From assembly GCA_024704765.1 (NCBI GenBank), contig JAKMXF010000066.1, positions 1,051,883 through 1,115,882 on the forward strand: DNA of 64,000 nt. The letters are read 5' to 3'. The stretch is from Oopsacas minuta. Lineage: Eukaryota > Animalia > Porifera. Position numbers and translations under genes: made by a program. The first letter of the stretch is position 1, and the number at the start of each line of letters is the position of its first letter. The notes under the pieces were generated by a model. That model was given only the letters and a program-made list of their open reading frames with translations. It was not told the origin of the DNA and ran no database searches. Of this stretch, positions 1 to 10,073 are shown in pieces.

Positions 1-220
1 GATTGAATTCTAATTCTGATTTTTTCTGATCGGTTACGTAGATTAATGATTACTCTCATATTAAATATTTCTTTCTAAACTTTTGTAGTTTAATTCCGGT
101 AAATATCGTTTCCCCATTTTCTGATCAATACTTAATGATTCCAAAAAAGATTTTGTCTTGAAATTTCGGAAGTTACAAAACTTTTACAAATTATTTCTTT
201 TGCAATCTAGCTATTATTCA

Positions 221-1564
221 ATGAAACTCCTCATCGCACTCGCACTTATCACCCTTGTATCCATATACTGCGATAAGACAGAGGCTATTATCAACAGTTA
301 TCCCTGGCCAGGTAATGTTACACAACATACTGGCTATATCGTTGTAAATAAAACGCATGGAAACAATTTCTTCTATTGGTTCTTTGAAAGTAGGAGCAAA
401 CCTTCTCAAGACCCTCTCATCTTATGGCTAACTGGGGGTCCCGGATGTTCCAGTTCTTTGGCACTTTTGGCGGAAAATGGCCCATTTGTCATGCGAAATG
501 GTGCTAAACAGCCTGTTTTGAACCAATATGGTTGGAATTCCTTTGCTAACCTTCTATATGTTGATCAGCCCGTTGGTACAGGATTCTCTTACACTAATAA
601 TCCATTAGGTATTGAAACTAATGAGAAAACAATTGCACGTGAATTGACAGTATTTTTGGAAGAGTTTTATCAGAAATTTCCAAAATATGCCTCTCTTCCT
701 CTCTTCATCATTGGTGAAAGCTATGCTGGTCATTACGTGCCAGCTTTTTCGGCTTACATACTCCAGAATAGTCAAATAGTAACGAAGAACTTGAAAGGTA
801 TTGGCATTGGAAATGGTTGGGTAGATCCAAAACAACAATACCCAGCATATACAGAATTCATGCATGATCTCGGCTATATTACAAATGCTGAATATACAGT
901 CTTCAATATTGCAAAAGATGCATGTTTGGCATTAATTGATGCAGGCTCTCTTGTGGAGGCTATGGACGCATGTAGTCTATATATGGAGGCGGTTTTGAAA
1001 GCAGCTGAATTGCACGAAAAACGGTCGATGAATGTTTATGACGTGAGGATTCCCTGTGGCTCGCCCCCACTCTGTTATGATTTCAGCAATGTGGATGCAT
1101 TCCTCAATAGTGCAGATGTACAGGCAGCTCTTGGAGTGAATCGCTCCTGGACCGAATGTAACATGGGTGTGCATATTGCGCTCCTTGGCGACTGGATGAA
1201 AGAGTTTGAAACTTCTGTTGCATTGACTCTTAAGAAAGGTGTCCGAGTACTTGTGTATAGCGGGAAAGACGATTTTATCTGTAATTACAAGGGAGGACTT
1301 GCATGGACTGGAGATATGGAGTGGAGTGGGAAAGCTCAATTCAATGCGAAAAGCTTTACTGATTGGGTTTTCGATGGCAAAAAGGTTGCCGAGTACAAAA
1401 CTTACTCAAACTTTACGTTTATGGAGGTGGAAAATGCTGGACACATGGTGCCAATGGATCAGCCCGAAGTATCTCTTGAAATGATTCGTCTGTTTATAAA
1501 AGACAAACCTTTTGTTGAGGATATTAAGCGTTATAAGTCTCTTCAGTATCTCAATTTGTTTTAA
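221..1564 (+). CDS. Serine carboxypeptidase, peptidase S10, carboxypeptidase-Y / plant SCPL-III-like; secreted or lysosomal, intronless
   Basis: ATG at 221 starts a signal peptide (MKLLIALALITLVSIYC). Motifs WLTGGPGCSS, GESYAGHY (catalytic Ser), YSGKDDFICN (Asp) and NAGHMVPMDQP (His). Confidence 0.93.
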   Translation: MKLLIALALITLVSIYCDKTEAIINSYPWPGNVTQHTGYIVVNKTHGNNFFYWFFESRSKPSQDPLILWLTGGPGCSSSLALLAENGPFVMRNGAKQPVLNQYGWNSFANLLYVDQPVGTGFSYTNNPLGIETNEKTIARELTVFLEEFYQKFPKYASLPLFIIGESYAGHYVPAFSAYILQNSQIVTKNLKGIGIGNGWVDPKQQYPAYTEFMHDLGYITNAEYTVFNIAKDACLALIDAGSLVEAMDACSLYMEAVLKAAELHEKRSMNVYDVRIPCGSPPLCYDFSNVDAFLNSADVQAALGVNRSWTECNMGVHIALLGDWMKEFETSVALTLKKGVRVLVYSGKDDFICNYKGGLAWTGDMEWSGKAQFNAKSFTDWVFDGKKVAEYKTYSNFTFMEVENAGHMVPMDQPEVSLEMIRLFIKDKPFVEDIKRYKSLQYLNLF

Positions 1565-2228
1565 TAACTTGACAACGATATGCAAATAGTTAGGGTTTGT
1601 TTATTGTGTTCATAATTAAAGTAAATTATGTCCATGTAGTTACCCCACCTGCTCTCCTTGAGATTTTGTATATTCTCAACTTCTTTATGTGTGTATGTAA
1701 GTCTGTATAATCGTTAATTACAATACTTTATTCATCTTACTAAATTACTCTTTTGAAATACATATCTATGATTGATAACTCACCTGTGGTGTGAAACTGT
1801 AAGCGTGGGAGGATTTATATATAACATCGTTGTCTTATCACTTACCTTTATTGAGAAACTCTGTATATACGTATTTTGTTAGCAATTAAGTATGTATCGG
1901 CGTATCTTAGGCTTCTATTATATTTCATTAGCTAGCGTAAAGTAATTATCCATGGGGTTGAGCTGCCATTATAATATACGTACGCTACTGCTTTCCAGCA
2001 AGAAAAAGTAAGAGGATACCTACCTTGCTTAACCATAGTTATCACACGAATGAATCTCAGAGAACTTACCTAGTAGTGTCGTCGTGTCTGTCCTCCATTG
2101 AGGATACTATCCAGTTTTAACATTGAACCCTAAACGAGTTCTTTTTTCACTTTTTTACTGTCTTCTCTCTTAGCATAGCTAGACACTCATTTTCTCTCTT
2201 ATGAGCGTTTTGATTATATGTAATACTG

Positions 2229-2447
2229 ATGTCTGCCTTGTTTCATTTTGAAAGCCTCATTGTAATATTGTTATTGATTATTTGTATGTGTACGTATGTG
2301 CAACACTTATCTCCAAGCCTGATTCCAAAGCAATCCAAAGGTATCATCCAGACGTTATATAAACTTACTGTTATAGGACGAAGGCTTAGTGGATGGGTAT
2401 CTCTTGGTTGTTCAGCAGCAGCAGTATATTTATTACTTTCTAATTAG
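2229..2447 (+). CDS. TMEM167A: Protein kish (TMEM167), small secretory-pathway membrane protein
   Basis: 72 aa, MSALFHFESLIVILLLIICMCTYV...VIGRRLSGWVSLGC, matches the kish family pattern. Confidence 0.9.
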   Translation: MSALFHFESLIVILLLIICMCTYVQHLSPSLIPKQSKGIIQTLYKLTVIGRRLSGWVSLGCSAAAVYLLLSN

Positions 2448-2600
2448 AAATTTTTGAAGGTTGTGGTATACTTGTTATAAGCATTTCAATTTAACCTTTT
2501 AAAGACCTTTATACGTACGTATAACTAACATATTTTGAAACGTATTATGTGACTTTTAAAATTTTCAACACTAGATAAGATCAACAAACCTTTATTGCAG

Positions 2601-3851
2601 ATGGCGGAAGAAAAGAAAAGACCAGCTGACAATTTTGGAGGGCCGATTGGTGCAGGATTCCTTACAATTGTCCTACCTATAGTTATCTTGTATCTTGCTT
2701 TTGCTGATAAATTCAATTTTTCCATTCTGGAAATCCCACCAATTGAATTATACAATCTTGATGCAAAAGCTATCTTCTCTTGCTTCCTCATTCTCTCAGC
2801 ATGGATAATCTTCCAAGCGATTCTCTACTTACTTCCATTGGGGCGGAGAGTGCCTGGTACCCTGTTGTCAAATGGAAAAAGATTGATATATAACATCAAC
2901 GGACTTTCCGCATTTATCGTGAGCCATATATTATTACTCTTTTTCTACATCCTCAAAATTGACATCTCATATCTATTCAACTATTATTTTGAATTCGCGA
3001 TAGCATCCATCATTTTTTCGCTTGGACTTAGTGTCTACTTGTACGTTAATTCTTTTAGAGAAGGATTACTATTAGCTGAAGGCGGAGACTCAGGGAATAT
3101 GTTATATGACTTTTTTATTGGGCGTGAACTCAATCCGAAAATAGGCGAGCTAGATTTGAAATATTACTTTGAATTACGCCCTGGCTTGATAGGATGGATC
3201 TTTATAAACTACTCATGTTTGTTGTATCATTATCAAACTTTTGGGTATGTCACTCCATCAATGCTACTCGAATTATTCTTCCATTTTGTATATTGTTTGG
3301 ATGCATTTGTATATGAAGATTCTGTTTTGTCAATGATGGATATAACTACCGATGGATTTGGCTATATGCTGGCTTTTGGTGATATTAGCTGGGTGCCCAT
3401 CGTATTTTCAATGCACACACGCTTTCTCGCATTCAATCCAATTGAATTATCAACAACAATGCTTGCCATTATATTTGCTCTATGGATTGGAGGATATTAT
3501 ATCTTTCGTGTTTCGAATTCTGTTAAATGCGGTTATAGGCTAAATCCAAAATCCCCTGAATATGCAGATATCATTACAATTTCTACTGCACGAGGTACAA
3601 AGCTTATTGTATCTGGTCTATGGGGCATGTGCAGACACCCTAATTATTTAGGTGACCTCATGGTGGGGCTTGCATGGTGCTTAACTTGCGGATTTTCTCA
3701 TGCACTCCCCTATTTCTATATATTATATTTCTCGATACTCTTGATCCATAGGGAGTTAAGAGATTCGTCTATGTGCCAAAAGAAGTATAAGAAGGATTGG
3801 GACACTTACTGTAAAGTAGTTCCGTATAGGATTTTTCCTTTTGTCTATTAG
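2601..3851 (+). CDS. TM7SF2: Delta(14)-sterol reductase (ERG4/ERG24 family; TM7SF2/LBR catalytic domain), intronless
   Basis: FFIGRELNPKIG, YFELRPGLIGW, MDITTDGFGYMLAFGD, SGLWGMCRHPNYLGD, LLIHRELRD..C.KKY. No LBR Tudor N-terminus. ATG at 2601. Confidence 0.9.
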   Translation: MAEEKKRPADNFGGPIGAGFLTIVLPIVILYLAFADKFNFSILEIPPIELYNLDAKAIFSCFLILSAWIIFQAILYLLPLGRRVPGTLLSNGKRLIYNINGLSAFIVSHILLLFFYILKIDISYLFNYYFEFAIASIIFSLGLSVYLYVNSFREGLLLAEGGDSGNMLYDFFIGRELNPKIGELDLKYYFELRPGLIGWIFINYSCLLYHYQTFGYVTPSMLLELFFHFVYCLDAFVYEDSVLSMMDITTDGFGYMLAFGDISWVPIVFSMHTRFLAFNPIELSTTMLAIIFALWIGGYYIFRVSNSVKCGYRLNPKSPEYADIITISTARGTKLIVSGLWGMCRHPNYLGDLMVGLAWCLTCGFSHALPYFYILYFSILLIHRELRDSSMCQKKYKKDWDTYCKVVPYRIFPFVY

Positions 3852-3989
3852 CATTCTTTACGAATATTCTTAGAAAAATACTCATTTATGTATAAATAAT
3901 TTTATCTAATAGTTGTTTCGTCGTAGTTACGATAAGTTTGTGCAACATCTGATCTATACTATTGAGCATTTGAACCTTTATCTTCTAAG

Positions 3990-4985
3990 ATGTTTCGATT
4001 TATATTTAGGAATATAATATTTTCGCCAATAAGAAATACTTTTTGTTGTGGAATGGCTACACTAACCAATCCTGATGTCACAATTCCAAACACACAAGAG
4101 GTGAGTTTTAAACTTCCATGGGGTATCATAGCTGGAAAACTATGGGGTAATCCAGATTCAGAGAAGAAGATACTCGCTATTCATGGTTGGTTGGAAAATG
4201 CAGGCAGTTTTGATAGACTCGCTCCGTTACTGTTTGCTAATGAGCTTTTCACACAGAAATACTCAATGCTTGCTATTGACCTTGCAGGGCATGGACTCTC
4301 TTCCCATCGTGGAGACGGCGTGCCTTATATAATAATGCACTATGCTATGGATATTAAGCTTGTGTTAAATCAGCTTGGATGGAAGAAATTGACAATTTTT
4401 GGACACTCTTTGGGGGGTGCGATTTCTTCTCTACTCGCAATCGGAATATCTGATCAAATTGAAAATTTCATTACGATTGATGCGTTTACTCCTTTGGGTA
4501 TTCGGGCTGATCAATATTTGAATAGACTCAAAGATGCAGTGGAATCTGCTAGTACGCTTTATTCAATTCCAGATGGCTTTAAAACGTATCCAACTGAAGA
4601 AGCTATTATTCAACGAATTTTAGAAGGGAACGAGAAATTAAATGTAGAGGCAGCGAAAGTCCTTGCTATACGTGGTGCCAAGCCAGTGGAGAATGGGTTT
4701 ACATTCACTCGAGATATCAGAATCAAAGCTGGGAGCTCTATATATTTTCTTGGGAATTCATATCTAGAATTCATTCAAGAAGTGTTGAAACATATATTCG
4801 TTCCAACTATATGTATTATACCAAATGAAAGTCATATGAAGTTGACGGAGATGATTTCAGAATTGAAATTTCCTGAGAACTATAGTAATAAATTTGTGTC
4901 TGGAAACCATCATGTGCACACTAATAATCCAGAAGTTGTTGCACCTGTAATTCTAGAATTTTTGAATTTAGTTTCGCAATGTTGA
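3990..4985 (+). CDS. SERHL2: Serine hydrolase-like alpha/beta hydrolase (SERHL/kraken family), copy 1
   Basis: LAIHGWLENAGSFD, IDLAGHGLSSH, nucleophile elbow GHSLGG, FTFTRDIR, C-terminal GNHHVH. Confidence 0.85.
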   Translation: MFRFIFRNIIFSPIRNTFCCGMATLTNPDVTIPNTQEVSFKLPWGIIAGKLWGNPDSEKKILAIHGWLENAGSFDRLAPLLFANELFTQKYSMLAIDLAGHGLSSHRGDGVPYIIMHYAMDIKLVLNQLGWKKLTIFGHSLGGAISSLLAIGISDQIENFITIDAFTPLGIRADQYLNRLKDAVESASTLYSIPDGFKTYPTEEAIIQRILEGNEKLNVEAAKVLAIRGAKPVENGFTFTRDIRIKAGSSIYFLGNSYLEFIQEVLKHIFVPTICIIPNESHMKLTEMISELKFPENYSNKFVSGNHHVHTNNPEVVAPVILEFLNLVSQC

Positions 4986-5115
4986 ACTTTGTAGCCAGTT
5001 TTACCTCCATTGCGCTGAATTATTTAATTTATATTATATAATACTTTCTGACTTCATTGGTTTGTTCGTCTTAGCATATTATGAGAGTAGTTAACCTGAT
5101 TGTATTTGTATTAGC

Positions 5116-5403
5116 ATGAAAACGCGAACTATGATGACAAGAGTTATTGAAGCCTGGCTTACTCCAGCCAATAAAAACAAGAATTTTCATGATCCTTGGC
5201 GACGCCTAGAAGCTTGGCGCGATTTACCTGAACACAGTTTCAAGGCCAAAATTCCCCATCTTTTACCTGGATTTTTCTGGGGCATCGGATTGTTTATAGT
5301 TTTGGCTACTACGGAAGAGACTTATTATTATTGGAAGAATGATCTTAAAAATTCGACTGTACTTTGGTACAAAAACAAACATGGAAATACAGATAACCAC
5401 TAA
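5116..5403 (+). CDS. NDUFB3: NADH dehydrogenase 1 beta subcomplex subunit 3 (B12)-like
   Basis: DPWRRLEAWR...LLPGFFWGIGLFIV resembles the B12 motif DPW.RNEAWR...PGF.WG plus one TM helix. Confidence 0.75.
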   Translation: MKTRTMMTRVIEAWLTPANKNKNFHDPWRRLEAWRDLPEHSFKAKIPHLLPGFFWGIGLFIVLATTEETYYYWKNDLKNSTVLWYKNKHGNTDNH

Positions 5404-6048
5404 CATATCTCATTGCAAATTGTTTAGTGTATACTCTATGATAATATCGAAATAGGATAGGCATTATTCGTAAATTCTGAGGGCATAACTCTAAGGGATG
5501 TAGGAGTAATATACATAAATACATTGAAATGTATTGCTCTACTATATGCTAATAATTTGAATAAATATTCATTTTCTACCACATATCATTTGAAAAATAT
5601 TCATTTTCTACCATAATTACTGGGTAGCATATCTATATTGAATTGATACATCAAATGATTGCCATCTGGTAGGGGAATATTTCGAGTGAAGTTGCTATAC
5701 AAATACAGTCATTCAGAACTCGTGTGCAACTTTACCTATCATTCATCTGCTCTCTGATATCAGATGATATCGAATTGCTTTTCTTGTAAGTCAGACTCAC
5801 TTCATAATTGATTACATAATATCGTCCCCGTTGCCAGAATGTTAATGAATATATTTGGTGATTTTGACTGGTTACTCTTTACATTTCAATGCTAAATGCC
5901 AATAAATCTAATCGACTTCATTTACACTCCATAACTTCAGATGTATCATCAGATCACTGATATAATCAGTGAATTTAAATTTACTAATGTTAATTACTAT
6001 AATTAACGAAGTCTTACGGAATCGAATTTAATTAATAGTATTTTCTAA

Positions 6049-7035
6049 ATGAAATCAATTACAAGAGTGTTATCATTATTAGGAAGGTCGATCAAATCAA
6101 TGGCAACTATCCAAACAGATAATTCTATGTTTCAAGAAGTTTCATATGCTGTACCTTTCGGCAAATTATGTGGCAAACTTTGGGGGAATCCTTTAGCGGA
6201 AAACAAAATGATTGCTCTTCACGGTTGGCTAGACAATGCAGGCACATTTGATGGTCTCTTTCCATTACTTTTCTCGGATGCTAGAATATCAAATAGTTAT
6301 TCCATTTTAGCTCTGGATTTACCTGGACATGGCTTATCCTCGCATTTGAGTGATGGATACTTTTATAGTTACTCTGAATATGTTATTAACGTAAAGCGAG
6401 TAATTGATAAGATCGGATGGAAAAAGGTTAGCCTTTTGGGACATTCTAAAGGTGGTGGTGTAGCTCTGTTACTAGCTGTAAGTATTGAAGAAATGATGTC
6501 AAAGTTAATTGTAATTGATGAGTTCTATTTTGAAACTATAACAGGAAATGAAATGTTCAGTTCTCACCTAAAGGAAGTCCTCTCTAAAGTTGATGCCTAC
6601 ACCAAGTCAGATGGATATAAAGTTTATGCCACGATGGATGAAATAGTCAGTAGAATATTGTCAGGTAACAAACATTTGACTGAAGCGGCGGCCAAAAGCT
6701 TAGCGATCAGAGGATGTCACGAGGTGGAAGGTGGGTATGCATTTTCACGTGATCTAAGATTAAGGGCCCCTGAGCCAATGATGTTGATGTCAGAATCTTT
6801 TTTGGAATTTGCACAAAAAGTGAATAATCGAGTTACCTTTCCATCTCTTTTCATTTTACCACTAGACAGTGAATATCCCGATGCACAAGATGTAATAAAA
6901 CAAGGATTGAAATTACCAGAGTGTATAAGTCTCAGAGAAGTGCCTGGCATACATCATGTGCATTTGACACATCCCAAAGTGGTAGCACCAATCATTATAG
7001 AATTTCTATCAAACTTTTCAGTATCAAAACTATGA
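6049..7035 (+). CDS. SERHL2: Serine hydrolase-like alpha/beta hydrolase (SERHL/kraken family), copy 2
   Basis: ALHGWLDNAGTFD, LDLPGHGLSSH, GHSKGG, FSRDLRLR, GIHHVH. Collinear paralog of 3990-4985. Confidence 0.85.
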   Translation: MKSITRVLSLLGRSIKSMATIQTDNSMFQEVSYAVPFGKLCGKLWGNPLAENKMIALHGWLDNAGTFDGLFPLLFSDARISNSYSILALDLPGHGLSSHLSDGYFYSYSEYVINVKRVIDKIGWKKVSLLGHSKGGGVALLLAVSIEEMMSKLIVIDEFYFETITGNEMFSSHLKEVLSKVDAYTKSDGYKVYATMDEIVSRILSGNKHLTEAAAKSLAIRGCHEVEGGYAFSRDLRLRAPEPMMLMSESFLEFAQKVNNRVTFPSLFILPLDSEYPDAQDVIKQGLKLPECISLREVPGIHHVHLTHPKVVAPIIIEFLSNFSVSKL

Positions 7036-7579
7036 AAATTACTTAATTTAGGCAATTTGTATATGGATTATGTATTTCTATAGCATTCAGTTCATAATCT
7101 AAAGTCGTACTACGTCATATATATATATATAGTATAACCATATAATTCCCACAACCAGAAGAGTATTTAAATGTTTTAATCACTTCAATCTAAGAAAACG
7201 TATAAAAATTATCCCATGATTGTAGATATATTTCTAAACCATAAAATCTACTCGTAAAATCCCACATTGTGTAGGTTTAAGTAAAAATAGGGTTCTTCAA
7301 TGTATAAGTTAAAAATTAGAAATTTATACTAAAATTTCAATTATTTATTAGTTTATAGGTTTAGATAGTAGGGTATTGCATGCTAGAAAGTAATCTCTAA
7401 GATTTTACTAGGAACAGATTTGTGTTAACTGAACTATTTTTGAATATTATAAGGTAAGTTCTTTTGTTGGGTTTCTGCCATGTGTATTTAGTTAATTTTC
7501 CAAAAACAATCCGAGTCGATGTATATGATTTAACCTATATGGGGCATAACCTGTTTTTCTTAGGCTCTGGCTCTCTCGA

Positions 7580-8506
7580 ATGGATAACTCAAGCAAAGCT
7601 TCCCCAGAGACCGAGATCCCTGTGAGCAATTCGGAACCTCAGCTCGACAATGATATCAGTATACGGTCAAAAGATAGCCAGAAGAAGAACCAAGAGAGTA
7701 GCATCGGGACAACAGAGCGAATCCAAGAAGTAGCGGAGGATGAGGATTCCAAAAAGATGTTTGTGGGAGCGCTGAGCCCTAGTACAGATGACGGATCAAT
7801 GAAACAGTACTTCCTGCAATTCGGAGAGATCGTGAATCTTACCATCAAATACGATCCAATATCCAAACGTAGTAAGGGTTATGGATTTCTAACTTTTGGG
7901 AAGAAAGAAAGCGTTGATAAAGTTCTCACTAAGCAGGAACACATGCTAGATGGTAGACTGATCGACCCCAAACGTCTGGAGTCGCGAAAACTAACAGGCA
8001 CAGGTGGACAAACCAAGAAAATATTTGTTGGGGGCGTGCCGACTTGCATGTCCAAGGGAAGGATTGAGGGATATTTTGGTGCAAAGGGTGAGATAGATGA
8101 GGTAGCTTTGGTTACTAATAAGCAGACGAATACTCGTCGTGGATTTGTGTTCATCACTTTCAAATCTGAGAGAATTGTTGACGATCTGGTGGAGGAGCGT
8201 TTCCATACAATTGACGGGTACCGTGTTGAAGTGAAAAAGGCGACACCACGTGAGCAACAGCTCAATAATAAGTTAAATGGTGAATTACAGATTTCTCCTT
8301 TGATTGCTCAGAACTTAGCTGCGGATGCTTCTGGTGTTGGGATGTATTCACAATTCTCACCTTACTACCCATATCCTCTCAGTTTCCCTCCATATTCCTA
8401 TGGTTACTATGGCAGCCTTTATGGTATGGGAGCTTCTACTCAGCCCTATGTACCTGTTCATAATCCCTATGGTACTAGCGGGGACTCATATAATGCATAC
8501 AGATAA
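7580..8506 (+). CDS. Two-RRM RNA-binding protein (hnRNP A/B/D, Musashi, DAZAP1 family) with Tyr/Pro/Gly-rich tail
   Basis: RNP2/RNP1 pairs KMFVGAL / KGYGFLTF and KIFVGGV / RGFVFITF, VEVKKATPRE. Probable 5'UTR intron 7454-7563 (GTAAGT...TTTTTCTTAG). Confidence 0.9.
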   Translation: MDNSSKASPETEIPVSNSEPQLDNDISIRSKDSQKKNQESSIGTTERIQEVAEDEDSKKMFVGALSPSTDDGSMKQYFLQFGEIVNLTIKYDPISKRSKGYGFLTFGKKESVDKVLTKQEHMLDGRLIDPKRLESRKLTGTGGQTKKIFVGGVPTCMSKGRIEGYFGAKGEIDEVALVTNKQTNTRRGFVFITFKSERIVDDLVEERFHTIDGYRVEVKKATPREQQLNNKLNGELQISPLIAQNLAADASGVGMYSQFSPYYPYPLSFPPYSYGYYGSLYGMGASTQPYVPVHNPYGTSGDSYNAYR

Positions 8507-10073
8507 CTGGTGTTATCCACTGAATAATTATATTTTTTACAATTGATTGAATTCTAGAATAATATTATAATCCCTAATCATTCATTTTGCCATCCCTAAT
8601 ATTGTCAGTTGTTGACTACAAAATTATTCTTCCTTTGCTGTTGATAACCAAGGGAATATATACTTTTGGACTACCGTGATAGTACAGCATAATTGTATGG
8701 GATGCTGGTCTCTTTCATGATGTGTTCAAATTTATTATGAACCTGAAAAGGCTACAAGTACATATACGTAAATTGTCAGTTCATTCTGGCTACTGGCTAC
8801 ATCAGAGCAAATATTAGAGGCTAATTGCATTTTTAAAATTGTAATTAATACAGTCGTTTCGAACAACTGAAGTCACCATCTCGTCATCTAAATTTGTGCT
8901 AGTGTTGTACAGAACGTAGTTTATGTAATTTATTTATGAAGACTATGAACTATTGTATGAATGTAATCTATTCATTTCAGTAATAAGGATTTATTTGAGT
9001 TTTAAGATAATAATGCCGTTCACATCATTGAAAAGTATATTTCGATGTTCGGAAACAAATTTTTGAAATATATTACTGATAAGCTATTCATCACTAATTG
9101 TATTCATAACATGTCTAATGATGAATTGAAGGTATTTATGATACAATGTATTAACGTGTAATAGCTCAATGGTCACATCGATAGAAAGTGGTTATTCTAT
9201 TATCGGGGTCAAAACATAGACTAAATGACCTGAACGAACATATTTAATGTGATAAATCAATCATGATATGTTAAGTAACTTGGTTTTGGTGAAACAAATG
9301 CCCAAAACTTGTAGACATAATTATTAATTTTAAGGTATAACAATTCTCAGGTTTATGCTAATGGTCATAAACGTGTTTTGATAAAACGCTATGTGTTATA
9401 TTTTAATGCAGCTCCTATAGGGAGATGCCCTAATGGCATGGACGATGTGCGACGTCCTTACGTCTGCGCTGCCATGCGAATTTCTTTTCTAAAGTTAAAC
9501 AGGGGGTAATTGCAGGATAATTATTTAAAATTTTATCCATAAGATTTTTGAGGATAGAACATGAAGTTCAGTGGGCTCAGGAGTCCAAATTAGTCCTTGA
9601 GCTGCACTACCAGTCTGTCAGCTGAACATTTTATTATATTGTTATTGAGAATTGTTACACAATTTAATCAATCACTCGTTGACACTGTTTTTGGGGGAAA
9701 TTTGCTTGAAACTAACCAAATTCCTGAAAAAATTCCAAACAATGATGGATAATTTAATGTCAGTACGAACGATGTTATAGATAATATCCTATGTGTTAAC
9801 TGGAGAATTCTATTTAACTATCAAGAGAAACTGATAAATTTTTCCTCCATGAAGACTGCGAGATTAATTATTGTTATTCCGTCTACGAAGCTAAATATAT
9901 TGCGTTACAAATGTCATTACATTTAACTTAATTAATCCGGCAAGGAAGGAGTTTAGTAACAAATTGGGATATTGTTGTGCTTAATAGTGGGAAGATTGTG
10001 CAATTTTCGTTGTAATTCGACTAGCTAGACAATTCGTTTTGCAAACAAATCGACTTCCAAACTCAAAATTTAA

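Noticed and set aside
158-220. ORF-track 5' extension of the carboxypeptidase (TTG start); similar extensions at 2595, 21179, 34578 and 45065
   Set aside because: Non-ATG starts. The downstream ATGs (221, 2601, 21188, 34644, 45095) give the family-typical N-termini.
9117-9235. Box C (ATGATGA) ... box D (CTGA) snoRNA
   Set aside because: No terminal stem, no recognisable antisense guide, and intergenic rather than intronic.
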